Below, piece by piece: positions 33,029 through 44,022 of a DNA stretch of 64,000 nucleotides. This DNA comes from a virus. Each line of letters begins with the position of its first letter. Positions within the stretch are counted from its first letter, which is position 1. A model generated the notes under the pieces. The model worked only from the letters and a program-made list of their open reading frames with translations, did not search any database and was not told the DNA's origin. The translations under genes and the position numbers were made by a program. The stretch lies in the IMG/VR virus record IMGVR_UViG_3300024344_003209, positions 35,224 to 99,223 of that record, one strand, 5' to 3'.

Positions 33029-34816
33029 TTAAATATTAGTTTGTAATGGAGGATTATAGCCTGTCTCCATAACAGTACCTGTTATACGGACCTTATCTCC
33101 GTACCCGTCTGCGCCACTAAACACTAAATTATACACCATAGGATCAGTATCTAAATAATTTTTCGCTTGAAGTACTACCCCTAGGAATGTTTCATCGTTG
33201 CCTTTATGTCTCCTTAAGGGTGTATTCTCTATTCCTGTCACGGTATGCTCTATATAATCAGAAGTATCGTCTCCATAGGTCCCAGTAAACAACTTCCAAT
33301 CTGAAGCAGGTTTTTTGTATGAATAGACCTTAGCTATTCCGCTAGGCTTTTCAGATACATTATCCGATGTAGAAGTGCTAAACACAGTCACAACATCTAA
33401 AACGTTAGCGTGTTGAGATATAACAGTCCCATCTTGCATTTTTTGTATGTTGTTTTCATGAGATCCAAGCCCGGCTCCCGGTTTATGTAAGTTAGTTCTT
33501 ATTGAATCTATATTAGCCTCAACCAGCATCCCTTGGTATTCAACTCCATCACTAATAAGTCCAGTAGCTTTTTCCTCTAGCTGACTTCCAAAAGTAGCAC
33601 CGTTTGTCGAACTTGCTGCCCCGCCAATTTCCCCTTTTCTAAAAGTAACCTCTCTAGTAAGGTCTCCACCAACAAAGGTGCCTTCGCTATTGACGGCATA
33701 ACCTTTTCCGCTTCCGCTAAGCTGAACTCCCGTTATAAAAGAATAGTTCTTATCATGATCTCCTTCTACATGCTCTAAATATATCTTATAAGGTATACCA
33801 TCAGAAAGATCTACACCTTCCGGGATATCGACAGAATAATTTACAGCAAGTTCTCCACTAACTAAATCTCCATTTTGACTTAAAAGAGAATGGGTTGTAT
33901 TCTGTCCGCTCTGCAGAGGGTAAGCGTCTCCACCTATAGACACTTTGACTCCGCTAGGGTTATCCTGTGATCCGCCCAATACAGTAAAATTTCTAGTTAT
34001 ATTACCAAACGTAGTATAAAAATTTATTTCGACTGGATATGCACCATCTGTTAAATCAGTGTTCGCTTTTAATATTAAATCTTTTACATTCTCGCCTACT
34101 GAAAATCCGGGTAAGCCGCCGCCATTTACCCCGCTTAAAGTTTTTAAAGTACTCTCTCTATTATCGAATTCAAAAAACTCTGACCCCAAAGTAACTTCTC
34201 CTGAGATTATGTCTCCTTTTATATTTTGCGTTTTATTAAATACTATTGCGTCCGGAAAAGTAAGATATTGACCAGCGCTAGAATTAGATTGATATATATT
34301 ACTACCATCGCCTACGTTTCCGTCACCTATATTGCCAGCAACTCCTATATTTCCTCCATCTATATTAGCCGCAAATATCATTGGGCTATTTATATCTAAA
34401 GTACCAGTTGGTCCATAAAAATTTAAATCATTTAATTCTATTTCGCAATTTTCTGATTCAAAAAATATCTTATCAACATGGTATTGCTCCTTAGTCCCTA
34501 AAGAAGATATTAAATTATCATCTATGAAATAATCGTAAGTGGTAAGACCTATAGTACCTTTTAAATTTATTGGTGAATTTCTTTGATAAGAATATACATT
34601 ATTACCATTAGGGTCAAAAATTCTACCACTTTTAAAATTAAATAAAGTTGACTCAGGAGTTGTTGGATTATTATTTTGGTCTACTTTAACACCAGAGACA
34701 CCAAAGGAAGCTTCGCCGGTCAAGTTAGTCAACTCCATATCTAGCTCGAAAGCCAATACGCTATTGCTATATTGATTGCCATATATTCTCCTTATGTTTC
34801 TTCCTGATAGCTTCAT
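33029..34816 (-). CDS. Putative structural protein (595 aa, Gly/Ser/Thr- and beta-rich)
   Basis: Composition and position; TAATG coupling to the upstream gene. Confidence 0.65.
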   Translation of the reverse strand: MKLSGRNIRRIYGNQYSNSVLAFELDMELTNLTGEASFGVSGVKVDQNNNPTTPESTLFNFKSGRIFDPNGNNVYSYQRNSPINLKGTIGLTTYDYFIDDNLISSLGTKEQYHVDKIFFESENCEIELNDLNFYGPTGTLDINSPMIFAANIDGGNIGVAGNIGDGNVGDGSNIYQSNSSAGQYLTFPDAIVFNKTQNIKGDIISGEVTLGSEFFEFDNRESTLKTLSGVNGGGLPGFSVGENVKDLILKANTDLTDGAYPVEINFYTTFGNITRNFTVLGGSQDNPSGVKVSIGGDAYPLQSGQNTTHSLLSQNGDLVSGELAVNYSVDIPEGVDLSDGIPYKIYLEHVEGDHDKNYSFITGVQLSGSGKGYAVNSEGTFVGGDLTREVTFRKGEIGGAASSTNGATFGSQLEEKATGLISDGVEYQGMLVEANIDSIRTNLHKPGAGLGSHENNIQKMQDGTVISQHANVLDVVTVFSTSTSDNVSEKPSGIAKVYSYKKPASDWKLFTGTYGDDTSDYIEHTVTGIENTPLRRHKGNDETFLGVVLQAKNYLDTDPMVYNLVFSGADGYGDKVRITGTVMETGYNPPLQTNI

Positions 34817-37800
34817 TATATTGACCTTAAGGTTGCCTTCTTGGCTCCATACTCTTGAGACACAGGCCCAACCTTTCTGTATATCTCTTCTAGCGCAACA
34901 TCAGCAGAAGCCCTATTACTTAAATTAACATTAATACTGAATCCTGCCTCTGCCATTGATATGGATAGAGAGTCTAGTCCATTTTCTGGTTTTAATAAAG
35001 CAATTAAAGTATTAAGACCATCTACGCTATCAACATATACATTAAAAGAATAACTTTTTCTTGGCTCGTCTACTTGAAGATCAACAAGATTACCTTTTAT
35101 TTTTTGGTGATACTCATCAGCGCTCATGTTTTGTAGCTCTGTATATGTAACATCTCCTTCAGTTTGCTGCACGTTCTCTACATCTGCAACTATATTAGTA
35201 GGGATTTCTCCTCTTAGTATTTTTTGTTTGTTATTTTCGTTTATGACACTAGTTATATCTTGTGTTATATCTTTTATTTGATATTTAACAGAGGAAGCTG
35301 TTTTTGCTATTGGCACCTTGTTTCCGTTTATAGGGTCAAAGACTTTTCTGACCCCTAAATCAGTTATGGTACTATTTCTATTGTAAATAAGCATTCCGTT
35401 GTGAGCGTTTTCACTTGGATATATTATATCAACTTTGTTCTTCCCTTCCGTACCTACTTTAATATCAGAGTAAAGGTTCTCTTTTCCCGCTGTAAATTCA
35501 TTTAAAATGCTAACACCAACTCTCCTATTGCGCCTAAATAAAGTTATACAATCTGCGTATATGCCCTCTTTGTCGCTAAACAAAGCTCTTTTATCAGTCT
35601 GAAGCTCTATATCGTATAAAGAATCAGCTATAGCCTGAGCCTCCCCACATGTTTTGTCTTCTTGGTTAAAAAGCTTAGAAGAGCAAATTTCCTCAACAAA
35701 GTCTCTCTCGCAGACAGTCTTGAGTTCTGCTGTCATGTCACTCATAGCATCAGTTGATCGGTCGCACAAACTTTTTAAAGCGTTTATTTCTTCTATTGGA
35801 TTTCTTACTCCGCCTTTGGTTTGATTGATCCTTCTTCCTGATCTATCGTAGTCAACAACATCATCTTTAAAATTATAACTTATGCCTAAATCCCCTATTT
35901 TACTTAAAGTAATCGTGCCCTTGACATCTTCCCCTTTGACCATGACTATTACGAATTTTTTATTAGAAGCTTCTCCCACTTGCATCATATGATGAATCTT
36001 AGCTGGTAAAACGCTAGTCATTAATGCCATCAAAGGTGGCTCATTCATAAAAGGCGTATATTCTTTAAGTAATGGAGTTTTGACTCTTTCTTTTACTGAG
36101 TCGCTATAATGAGTGACTTTTCTAGCAGCCGCTCCGCTTCCTACATCAAAAGCGGGCCTTCCGCAAAGTTTATAAGGATTTAACAAAGATTCTATATCTT
36201 CTTGAAAAGTGGCCCAAGGAGCGTCCCTTTCAAAATGATAAAAACCTCTTTTAAAAGCATCTTTGTATAAACTTTTATCTGTTTTCTTTTGGTTGCATTC
36301 GTCTATCGCATCGAACTGCATTTGGTTTAACTCGTCGTAGAGTTTATTCCTATAAACCTCATCATTATCCATCATCCTATTAAGCCTAAGGTCATTTATC
36401 TTTTGCGCAAACTTAGACATAGGCGTCTTATAGTGTTGGTTTAAGGAGTAATATTGAGAAGAAGGTCTAGTCTCGGTAGTCTCCTCTATTTTGCTATTTC
36501 CTGTAAAATCAAAAGTTGCAGATTTTGGAGCACCAAGTAGATAATGTCTGCCCAGAAAAGATTCAGCTATTTCGCTTTCTATAGATTCAGATAGACCCTT
36601 TAAAGATTCGTCATATACCCCTAGAAAGATTTTATAGCCGTCTATGATTCCATTCATAGCCTCTTCCGCAGTGCCTTGGTAAGCTTGATGAGAAGCCATC
36701 ATCTGAACTAAGGCTGCGTTATCTATAACATGAGCTCTAAGAGCTTGACTCACCGAGTCTTTCGCGTAATTAACTGGCACTACATCGTCAAAGCCTATAG
36801 CTCTATAATACCCTCTTGCTGCATCAAGACCAGAAGTCATATGGGTTTCGATAGCTTTTCTTGCGTTCCATACGTCTCTTAAGTCTTCAGAATACTTTCC
36901 TAAGCCAGAACTTATTTTTATGTCGCGAGGAGTTCTCCCGCTAGATATACCTGAAGCCATTATTGACTCTATGGTTTGGCAATCAAAAAATATTTTGCTT
37001 GTCTTTCTTTTCGATTCGTTTTTAGCTCTTGGTCCAACGCTGAAAGTAGAGGAGAAAGCCTGAGAGAAAGTCCCATTAAGGTCTACCTTCTCATTTTGTG
37101 AATTAATAATCACCCCACTTGCCCCTGAGCCTGAAGTACTTCCTTCTTGTCCTAAATCTAAAGTTGTTATAGCCGCTGCTGTTTCTTCTACCTTTGCATC
37201 TACTGATCTATCCGCATTGCTTATTATAGAAAGAGTAGGAAAATCTTGAGTAAAGTCCCAGTAATAAGATATACCTAAATCGTTACCCCAATTCTGTAAC
37301 ACATCTCTAACTGTTCCCGTATAAGACCTAAGCAATAGATTAGCGTCTTCCACATAAACATATCTACTTAAGTCTATATTTATCCCAAAACCATTTTTTC
37401 TGTCACTTAGAGCTTTCCTAAAGTCTTCAAACGAGTAGCTAACATCTTTTATGTCACACTCGACTTCGCTAAACTCTTCCCTACCTAATACCATATACCC
37501 TCCCTCCCATATATTACTTTTATTTTGGGGGTAAATCATATAAGGCCTCCCGGCTACACCAGTAGGCGAAGCTAGCTTTTTCATTACTTTAACATCTTTA
37601 TGTAAAGTGGTTCCCTCCTGACTACATACAGGGCCAGTATTAGTTTGCTCTAACTGAGGACAAAAAACATCGAACTTAACTAAGTTAGGCACTAAATGTT
37701 TTTCTTTATCTATTTGGAAATGTTGATGAATTAAACCTACAAAAATTCTATCTAAAAGAACTGATCCATCGCTATATGTTAAATTTAAAACTTTATTATT

Positions 37801-38085
37801 TACTTGCGTATTTATTGAATATGAAGTTAAAAACATATTTCTGAACATCTCGCTTTCTGATATGTTTATATTTACCGGAGATGTTAGATCTAAATTGTTT
37901 TTATTTATTAAAAAATTTCTTGATTTAGAAAGCTTAGTATCTAAAACAGCATTTATATTTAATTGTGTTGGTTCTGCGTTGTACCCAACAGTCACATCAG
38001 AAGAATATATCACGCCGCCATAAGCCATGCCTGCTTTTTGGTTGCTTATATTAATTGTTGGTACCTTTGCTCTATCCGTTGCCAT
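34816..38085 (-). CDS. Putative baseplate hub/tail-tip protein (1089 aa)
   Basis: Downstream of the tape measure; YTGTVRDVLQNWGNDLGISYYWD resembles hub-type segments. Confidence 0.5.
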   Translation of the reverse strand: MATDRAKVPTINISNQKAGMAYGGVIYSSDVTVGYNAEPTQLNINAVLDTKLSKSRNFLINKNNLDLTSPVNINISESEMFRNMFLTSYSINTQVNNKVLNLTYSDGSVLLDRIFVGLIHQHFQIDKEKHLVPNLVKFDVFCPQLEQTNTGPVCSQEGTTLHKDVKVMKKLASPTGVAGRPYMIYPQNKSNIWEGGYMVLGREEFSEVECDIKDVSYSFEDFRKALSDRKNGFGINIDLSRYVYVEDANLLLRSYTGTVRDVLQNWGNDLGISYYWDFTQDFPTLSIISNADRSVDAKVEETAAAITTLDLGQEGSTSGSGASGVIINSQNEKVDLNGTFSQAFSSTFSVGPRAKNESKRKTSKIFFDCQTIESIMASGISSGRTPRDIKISSGLGKYSEDLRDVWNARKAIETHMTSGLDAARGYYRAIGFDDVVPVNYAKDSVSQALRAHVIDNAALVQMMASHQAYQGTAEEAMNGIIDGYKIFLGVYDESLKGLSESIESEIAESFLGRHYLLGAPKSATFDFTGNSKIEETTETRPSSQYYSLNQHYKTPMSKFAQKINDLRLNRMMDNDEVYRNKLYDELNQMQFDAIDECNQKKTDKSLYKDAFKRGFYHFERDAPWATFQEDIESLLNPYKLCGRPAFDVGSGAAARKVTHYSDSVKERVKTPLLKEYTPFMNEPPLMALMTSVLPAKIHHMMQVGEASNKKFVIVMVKGEDVKGTITLSKIGDLGISYNFKDDVVDYDRSGRRINQTKGGVRNPIEEINALKSLCDRSTDAMSDMTAELKTVCERDFVEEICSSKLFNQEDKTCGEAQAIADSLYDIELQTDKRALFSDKEGIYADCITLFRRNRRVGVSILNEFTAGKENLYSDIKVGTEGKNKVDIIYPSENAHNGMLIYNRNSTITDLGVRKVFDPINGNKVPIAKTASSVKYQIKDITQDITSVINENNKQKILRGEIPTNIVADVENVQQTEGDVTYTELQNMSADEYHQKIKGNLVDLQVDEPRKSYSFNVYVDSVDGLNTLIALLKPENGLDSLSISMAEAGFSINVNLSNRASADVALEEIYRKVGPVSQEYGAKKATLRSI

Positions 38086-38098
38086 AATCCTTATTAAT

Positions 38099-38106
38099 AA
38101 TTACAC
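38099..38106 (-). promoter_or_regulatory. Putative late promoter motif GTGTAATT
   Basis: Overlaps the last codon and stop of the upstream gene (GTG TAA); 13 nt before ATG 38085. Confidence 0.5.
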
Positions 38107-40377
38107 TTTTTCAAATAAATTTTGTTTCTGGTTGACGTTATCCAGAGAAAACACTTTATTATTTTCGTTCTTTCTTTCAGATAAAATAGAAACATCTATA
38201 GAATTTTCTTTATAATCCATAACAAAAGACTTTTCTTTGTTACTGATGCTATCTCCACCTAAAAGGCTATGATTAGGAACTTTTTCATAATCAACTCCGG
38301 GTATCATTCTTTTTCCATTTACCCATACTTGTTCAAAAAATACGTTGTCCATTTCCACTTCTTTAATTTGGTAATCAAGAGGCTTAACAAGCCCAGATAC
38401 TCTAGTGTAATATTTAGAAGCGGGAGGAACAAACACTAATTTATTATTCGGGTCAACGATAGCAATCTCAGTTTCTCTTGAGGGGGTATTTGTTTGAAGT
38501 TCGGCCGAGTTCATATAGTAAGCAGGGTCACCATTAGAGTCTTGTATATGAGTATAGTGTATTCCTGAAATCAACTTTTGTCCATTGTAATAAATGTCTT
38601 TGCCGTGATAGTCTCCTCCGAATGTCTTTTCAGCGTCTCCCCCCGCGTTATACTCACCTGTTAATGCAGCGCCAGAAGCTAGATCTAAGATTAAATTATC
38701 ATTTTCTGCATCCCAAGTGGCTGATTCACTATTTAATGCTATGTGGTATGTATTGTTTTTGATTCTTTTAGCTTTGAATTTATCTCCATCCACGCCCGCA
38801 ATAGAGTCATGTATGAAATACCCTCCATCGTAAGCGCTAGTTACGTCTTCTTTCTTTTGTTTATTATATAAATAAAAAATAGAATCTACAGTATAGAGGC
38901 CAGAGACTTCCTGTTGATATAGCCCATTTCTAAATAATTGGAAAAACGGCTGCAAAGAAGTTGGATCGTAACTAAAATTTTCACTTTTTATTTTAGCAAA
39001 AAATTTCTCACCCTCTCTAGGGTTATCTATATTACTATCAGATGGAGTAAAAGTGCCAAAGCTTTGAAGGTTTAATTTACCCCCTATGGCTTCTGCTTTA
39101 TTAGCCAAAGAATTGTTAAAGCTGTCATGACTATATATTTCATAGACATCGCCGACCTCTAGAGGGTTAGAGAATTTTATTTTTCCGGGTACTCTTTCTA
39201 AATTATTTATATAAGCTGTTTTCTCTACTGATTTTTCTGAAACATATTTTCCAGTTATAGATTTTACATCTACATCACTAGTTAAATCAACAAGAACATT
39301 TTGATATACATTACCTAAGACAGGAACCTCACCATAAAGAGGAACAGTTTGTGCAGATTGATTCACATAGCTACCAGTTTGCTCCATATTATAAGAAACT
39401 ATGCCTTGGCCAGATAAAACAGTTTGAACCTCCACCCCAGTAACCTCTTTGTGAGTAGATTCTCCCGTCTCTAATGTTTCAGGAGTATAAGAATCCACCC
39501 AGAAACTCTCTGCTATAGTGCTTCTCGAAACCTCAGGAATATAATCATTAAATAAAATAAAAGTATTTACGTATCCAGAAAAACCAGTATAATAATTTGT
39601 GTAAATCTCTTGGTTGCTTTCGTACTCCGCAGACATACCGCCTAGTATCATATCATTAGACCCAGAAAACTCCGGAGTTAAAGTCTTCAGGCTACTTAAA
39701 GGTTCGTTTCGTTTGTGCAGGGAAAACTCTATACCATTTTTATTTTTAGATAAAGACACTATATTCACAGTTTTCAAATGATCGCTTAAAACCTGAGTCT
39801 CCCTTTGGTAGCAGGGGCTTATATTTAATTGTTTTTCTGTACCCTCTTCGTCATAATATGTGTTCTCTCCTCCACTTATGTATTCATAATAAAGTCTGTT
39901 GCTTCCGTTTATGCCGAAGTTGAAGCCAGACAAAGAATTTTCTGACTTCATTGTTGAAAATAATACTTGATCCAAATCAAGAGTATCAGAATCAATATCA
40001 TAACCAGAAAAATCAAAAAAACAAGTCCAAGAATCTTTTAGCGCAGCGTTGGCAATCCTTAAAGAACAAGAGCCATCAAAATGCCCACTGCCCGTTATAG
40101 AGGTAGAGCTACTTGCGATTACAGCAGGAAACCCTTCTGTTGACATCAAAGGGTTATTTTCGGAATTCCTTTTTAATTGAGATCCAGTAGGTAGAAGCTT
40201 GTTGTAAACAACATAGGTGTCAAAGGCTTGAGTTGCCCCACTAGTTAATTTGTAGTTAGAGTCTCTATCTGCAGGTAAAACAGTATCGACACTACCGCTA
40301 AGATCATAGAAAGCTTTAAGATTTCCGGTTTCTACCCCGGCTTTTTCTACATAGTCTAAGAGAACAGATTTTACCAT
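38101..40377 (-). CDS. Structural protein with N-terminal LamG-like domain (758 aa)
   Basis: LKAFYD..GHFDG..SWTCFF..GFNFGING..LYYEY; C-terminal NG.....G..Y repeats. Confidence 0.6.
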   Translation of the reverse strand: MVKSVLLDYVEKAGVETGNLKAFYDLSGSVDTVLPADRDSNYKLTSGATQAFDTYVVYNKLLPTGSQLKRNSENNPLMSTEGFPAVIASSSTSITGSGHFDGSCSLRIANAALKDSWTCFFDFSGYDIDSDTLDLDQVLFSTMKSENSLSGFNFGINGSNRLYYEYISGGENTYYDEEGTEKQLNISPCYQRETQVLSDHLKTVNIVSLSKNKNGIEFSLHKRNEPLSSLKTLTPEFSGSNDMILGGMSAEYESNQEIYTNYYTGFSGYVNTFILFNDYIPEVSRSTIAESFWVDSYTPETLETGESTHKEVTGVEVQTVLSGQGIVSYNMEQTGSYVNQSAQTVPLYGEVPVLGNVYQNVLVDLTSDVDVKSITGKYVSEKSVEKTAYINNLERVPGKIKFSNPLEVGDVYEIYSHDSFNNSLANKAEAIGGKLNLQSFGTFTPSDSNIDNPREGEKFFAKIKSENFSYDPTSLQPFFQLFRNGLYQQEVSGLYTVDSIFYLYNKQKKEDVTSAYDGGYFIHDSIAGVDGDKFKAKRIKNNTYHIALNSESATWDAENDNLILDLASGAALTGEYNAGGDAEKTFGGDYHGKDIYYNGQKLISGIHYTHIQDSNGDPAYYMNSAELQTNTPSRETEIAIVDPNNKLVFVPPASKYYTRVSGLVKPLDYQIKEVEMDNVFFEQVWVNGKRMIPGVDYEKVPNHSLLGGDSISNKEKSFVMDYKENSIDVSILSERKNENNKVFSLDNVNQKQNLFEKV

Positions 40378-40378
40378 T

Positions 40379-42154
40379 TTAGTCTATTTTTCTTTCTAAA
40401 GTTATGTTTTCTACAGCCTTTTCTTGGCTAAAGGATCTACTGTAGGTTATATTAGCTAGCTCTCTATTTTCCACTTTATTTTCCGCATCTAATCTTGCGA
40501 CTTCACCATCAATAAAAGAATCTTTTAGAAAGTCATTTACCGACTTAACATCCGACACTGAAGCACTAAAGCTAGAAGCATCTTTCTTGAAAGACTTAGC
40601 CCTTGTGCTAACTGTCACTCCTTCTCTTTTTTGTTTTAAATCTAAATCATAAATAAGATAATGCCCGTCTTGAAGGCATGAGGCAGCAGGTCTATACTCT
40701 TGTAAAGCTGGATTAATATCAACTGAATAGTCTAACGACAAGAGGCTAGAATTTTCAGGAAAGTCTCTATCAGAAAAAGATGCAGAGTAAGTTATAGTTC
40801 CATCGAATTCATTTTTTCTAATTTGCAAGTCTGAAGGCTTGGGGCTTAGTTTATAATTAGATCTAGAAGGAAACATATTTTGATATATTCTTTGCGCTTC
40901 GTCTCTTATCACTTTAGAGTCATTGACTAATATAGTATTGTCTAACAAGTTTTTTGCAGCAGAATTTTTCTTATGTAAAGCCGCTCTAGTCCGTATTGTT
41001 CCATTGCAAGAAACACTAACAATATCTGTTATGTTGTCATGTTGAAATGATATATTATAATCAAAGTAAGCACCATCACTATTTTTTATCTTAGCCTTGG
41101 AATATAAATCATTATTATCAAAATTTAAAGTAAAAGATATAGTTCTAGCTTCTTCATTTGGATTTATATTAAATGTTACAGGAGATTTATTTAATTCTAT
41201 GTTTTGGCCTGTTCTTTGTATATAGTTTTGGTAAGCTTTATTAGCTAAGTCATAAAAATTTCTAGATCTAAAATCTTGCTTTATTTGATCCCAAGTAACT
41301 GCCCTGTCTTTAGTTCCTGCAACATTTCCTGATAATCCAACGTTGACGAAATCACTTCCTTGTTGATCTGTTATAGAGAGGGAATAAGTCAAGAGTATAT
41401 TAGCTGTTTGCATTGCCGGGATTCCGTTTTCTAGCCCGGCTTCCTTTGACGACTCATTAGTAGCGAAAGAATAATTTTCGGTTACTGCAAACGTACCAGA
41501 AAATCTATCTACTTGCTCGCTTACGCTGTTTAATATTAAAGCAGAGTCTGGGTGAACATTCTTTATTAAAAAAGGAGCTATCTTTCCCGATGTCCCTCTT
41601 TTACTATTCACGAATTGCTTAGCGTTTAAAAATCCGTTTTGCCCATTAGTATTATATCCAGCAGCTGATATACTATGGACAAGAGATGCGATTCCATTAT
41701 TTTCGCTGTACTGCCAGTTGTCCGTTGGTTCAGTAACCCCAAAATTAGATAATGTATTCCCGTTGCTTTTATCGTATCCAGTCAATACTATAGAGTAAGA
41801 CACTATCCCTCTGTAGGGAGATGAGGCAAACTGTAGACTTCGTACAACACAATTTTCTAATTCGAAACTAGTACCATGACCTGTTACCGAAAAAGTCAAA
41901 TAATTGTTTCCTAAAGCCCCAGCAAAAGCCTTAGCTATTTCTTCCCTCTTGTCGCTTAAAGCCTTATACTGGTATCTATCTACAGTATCCCTATCAGGAA
42001 GCAAAGCTATCTCCCCGGTTAAAGAAATTTCTACTACAGTAGCCCAAAGATTACCTCCATACTTTTCAGTGCTATAGTTCCTAGATACAAAAGGAGAAGG
42101 AACAGGGAAAATAAATTCTCCGTACTTAACTTTTATGTCTTGTTTATAGGCCAT
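40379..42154 (-). CDS. Tail protein with five tandem ~115-aa units (591 aa)
   Basis: Units end in VSYSIVL, FAVTENYSF, ISFTLNF, ITYSASF and ITYSRSF. Confidence 0.6.
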   Translation of the reverse strand: MAYKQDIKVKYGEFIFPVPSPFVSRNYSTEKYGGNLWATVVEISLTGEIALLPDRDTVDRYQYKALSDKREEIAKAFAGALGNNYLTFSVTGHGTSFELENCVVRSLQFASSPYRGIVSYSIVLTGYDKSNGNTLSNFGVTEPTDNWQYSENNGIASLVHSISAAGYNTNGQNGFLNAKQFVNSKRGTSGKIAPFLIKNVHPDSALILNSVSEQVDRFSGTFAVTENYSFATNESSKEAGLENGIPAMQTANILLTYSLSITDQQGSDFVNVGLSGNVAGTKDRAVTWDQIKQDFRSRNFYDLANKAYQNYIQRTGQNIELNKSPVTFNINPNEEARTISFTLNFDNNDLYSKAKIKNSDGAYFDYNISFQHDNITDIVSVSCNGTIRTRAALHKKNSAAKNLLDNTILVNDSKVIRDEAQRIYQNMFPSRSNYKLSPKPSDLQIRKNEFDGTITYSASFSDRDFPENSSLLSLDYSVDINPALQEYRPAASCLQDGHYLIYDLDLKQKREGVTVSTRAKSFKKDASSFSASVSDVKSVNDFLKDSFIDGEVARLDAENKVENRELANITYSRSFSQEKAVENITLERKID

Positions 42155-42155
42155 A

Positions 42156-44006
42156 TTAGTATTCTAAAGCCTCCGCAGCAAAGCCCCTTCTGTCTATAAA
42201 TGACATTTCAGAAGAAGAGGTTAGATTATAGTCCGAATTAAAGTTGTAATTAATTTCCTCTAAGAAAAACGAAAGCTGGTTACTGACGTTTTGTTTTGCG
42301 CTCACAAAAGCTGACTTTTCGACCTCGCTTTTTATACTACTAAATACATTTCTGGAAGAAGTTTTTAAATAATCAGTATGTGCTTTATTTATTAGATTTG
42401 AGTTAGGGTTTCTTTTTAAAATACAATCAAAACTTATTGCTTTTCTTCCAAGTCTAGTTTGGTTTGAATCGTAATTAGTTTCTTTTATATTTGGAGCTAT
42501 AATAGAACCTCTTATTTTAGTAGGGGAAACATAACTTTCTTTTTTTGTTAATTTTCTTAAGTAAGTATCGTCTTTTAAAGACTTATCATCAGAGTAGGCA
42601 AAATTATAATTTATGGTTAAGCCATAAGCAGGGAAACTTACCCCTGAAGAGACTAAGTTTCTTGGGTATTGCAAGTCTACTGCATCTTCATCTTTTAAAG
42701 AGTCATGTAGAGGCCTCATTCTAGAAATAACGTCAGCAGGACTAGTGAACTTATCGTAAAGACTTTTAGTAGATAAGTCAAAATCTAAGTTTTTATTTTT
42801 GTCGTAAGGGGTTATAGTTCCAGACTCTGTAATTCGTACGTAACCATTTTCATCTTTAGAAGAGTTTAGATTATAGTCAAATATAGCTTCTTCATGCATT
42901 CTAGGGTTATTAGTAAAAGAAATATTATAACTTATGCTACCTGCTATCCTGTTTAAATTTTTTCCAAAAGAAACAAACTTCTTTTTTAAATCGTCGGATA
43001 AATTCCAAGATTCAGACCCTTCAACCCAGTCAGGTTTATCTTTTATCATACTAGACATTAAAGCTTGACACCTATCATACGCTCCAGATTTTAGCGACTC
43101 AAAACCGGAATAAGCGTTACTATATAAATCCTCAGGTCCATCATTATCCCCTAGGTTCGTTCTGCCTTTTACGTTTGCATTTTCTGTTATTGTTATAATC
43201 CCGTTTTGATCTCTCTGTATAGAGTAACTCAAGTCTGCAGACCAATTTGCATTCTTTTGTTCGTCTTTGTAAGCTCCACTCATAGTCTGAACTGACCTTG
43301 AAAAAGCATAAATGTTTCTTATTGAATCGTAAGACTCTGAAAAGTTTCCGCGAGTCTTTATAGTTTGCATGAATCCATCATACCTGCTATCTAAATAGCC
43401 TAGTTTTGGAGGGTCACTGAAAAACACATCTTTTATTAAATTTTTTGCCTGCTGTGATAAGTCAGATGGGTCACCGGAAGAGTTCCTTGTTAACTCTAAG
43501 TTTACATTTTGCTGAAAGCTAAACTGCCCAGTCTCACTTAAAGAAAAAGAAAAGCTTTCTGCTAGAGACTGAATATAATTTATATGACTAAGTGCTTGTA
43601 AATTCTTATATACCTCTGGATCAGCACCTTCTAAAGCATCTTTATTGTTAAAAGATTCTACATACTGCAAAGTCATAGATACTCTATGTACGGTAATTTT
43701 ATTGTTTGTTACGTCTGTCGGAAAAGAGTAAGCTGATATCTTAACATTATTAATTGTCTCTTGGTTCTGTCCTTGGCCTAAGGTGATCGACTCAGCAAAA
43801 CCGTTATCAAGTACCTCTTGAACATGAGCCTCTTCCGCAGAAGATATAGAAGAAAATTTTGCAGGCTCAGAAGAAGTGTCTGTAGGCAACATAAAAGCAG
43901 TCAGAGTTAGATTAACCGAGCGACCGTATTGAAATTGGCCAATATAAGCTAACTCATGACTATAATCTAAAACTTCTACATTAGTTAAATTTAAAGTGCC
44001 TGCCAT
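42156..44006 (-). CDS. Tail protein, probable paralog of 40379-42154 (616 aa)
   Basis: Immediately after the tape measure; same repeated architecture (ISYNISF, INYNFAY, FDYN). Confidence 0.6.
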   Translation of the reverse strand: MAGTLNLTNVEVLDYSHELAYIGQFQYGRSVNLTLTAFMLPTDTSSEPAKFSSISSAEEAHVQEVLDNGFAESITLGQGQNQETINNVKISAYSFPTDVTNNKITVHRVSMTLQYVESFNNKDALEGADPEVYKNLQALSHINYIQSLAESFSFSLSETGQFSFQQNVNLELTRNSSGDPSDLSQQAKNLIKDVFFSDPPKLGYLDSRYDGFMQTIKTRGNFSESYDSIRNIYAFSRSVQTMSGAYKDEQKNANWSADLSYSIQRDQNGIITITENANVKGRTNLGDNDGPEDLYSNAYSGFESLKSGAYDRCQALMSSMIKDKPDWVEGSESWNLSDDLKKKFVSFGKNLNRIAGSISYNISFTNNPRMHEEAIFDYNLNSSKDENGYVRITESGTITPYDKNKNLDFDLSTKSLYDKFTSPADVISRMRPLHDSLKDEDAVDLQYPRNLVSSGVSFPAYGLTINYNFAYSDDKSLKDDTYLRKLTKKESYVSPTKIRGSIIAPNIKETNYDSNQTRLGRKAISFDCILKRNPNSNLINKAHTDYLKTSSRNVFSSIKSEVEKSAFVSAKQNVSNQLSFFLEEINYNFNSDYNLTSSSEMSFIDRRGFAAEALEY

Positions 44007-44022
44007 TTTTATACCTTAAACA

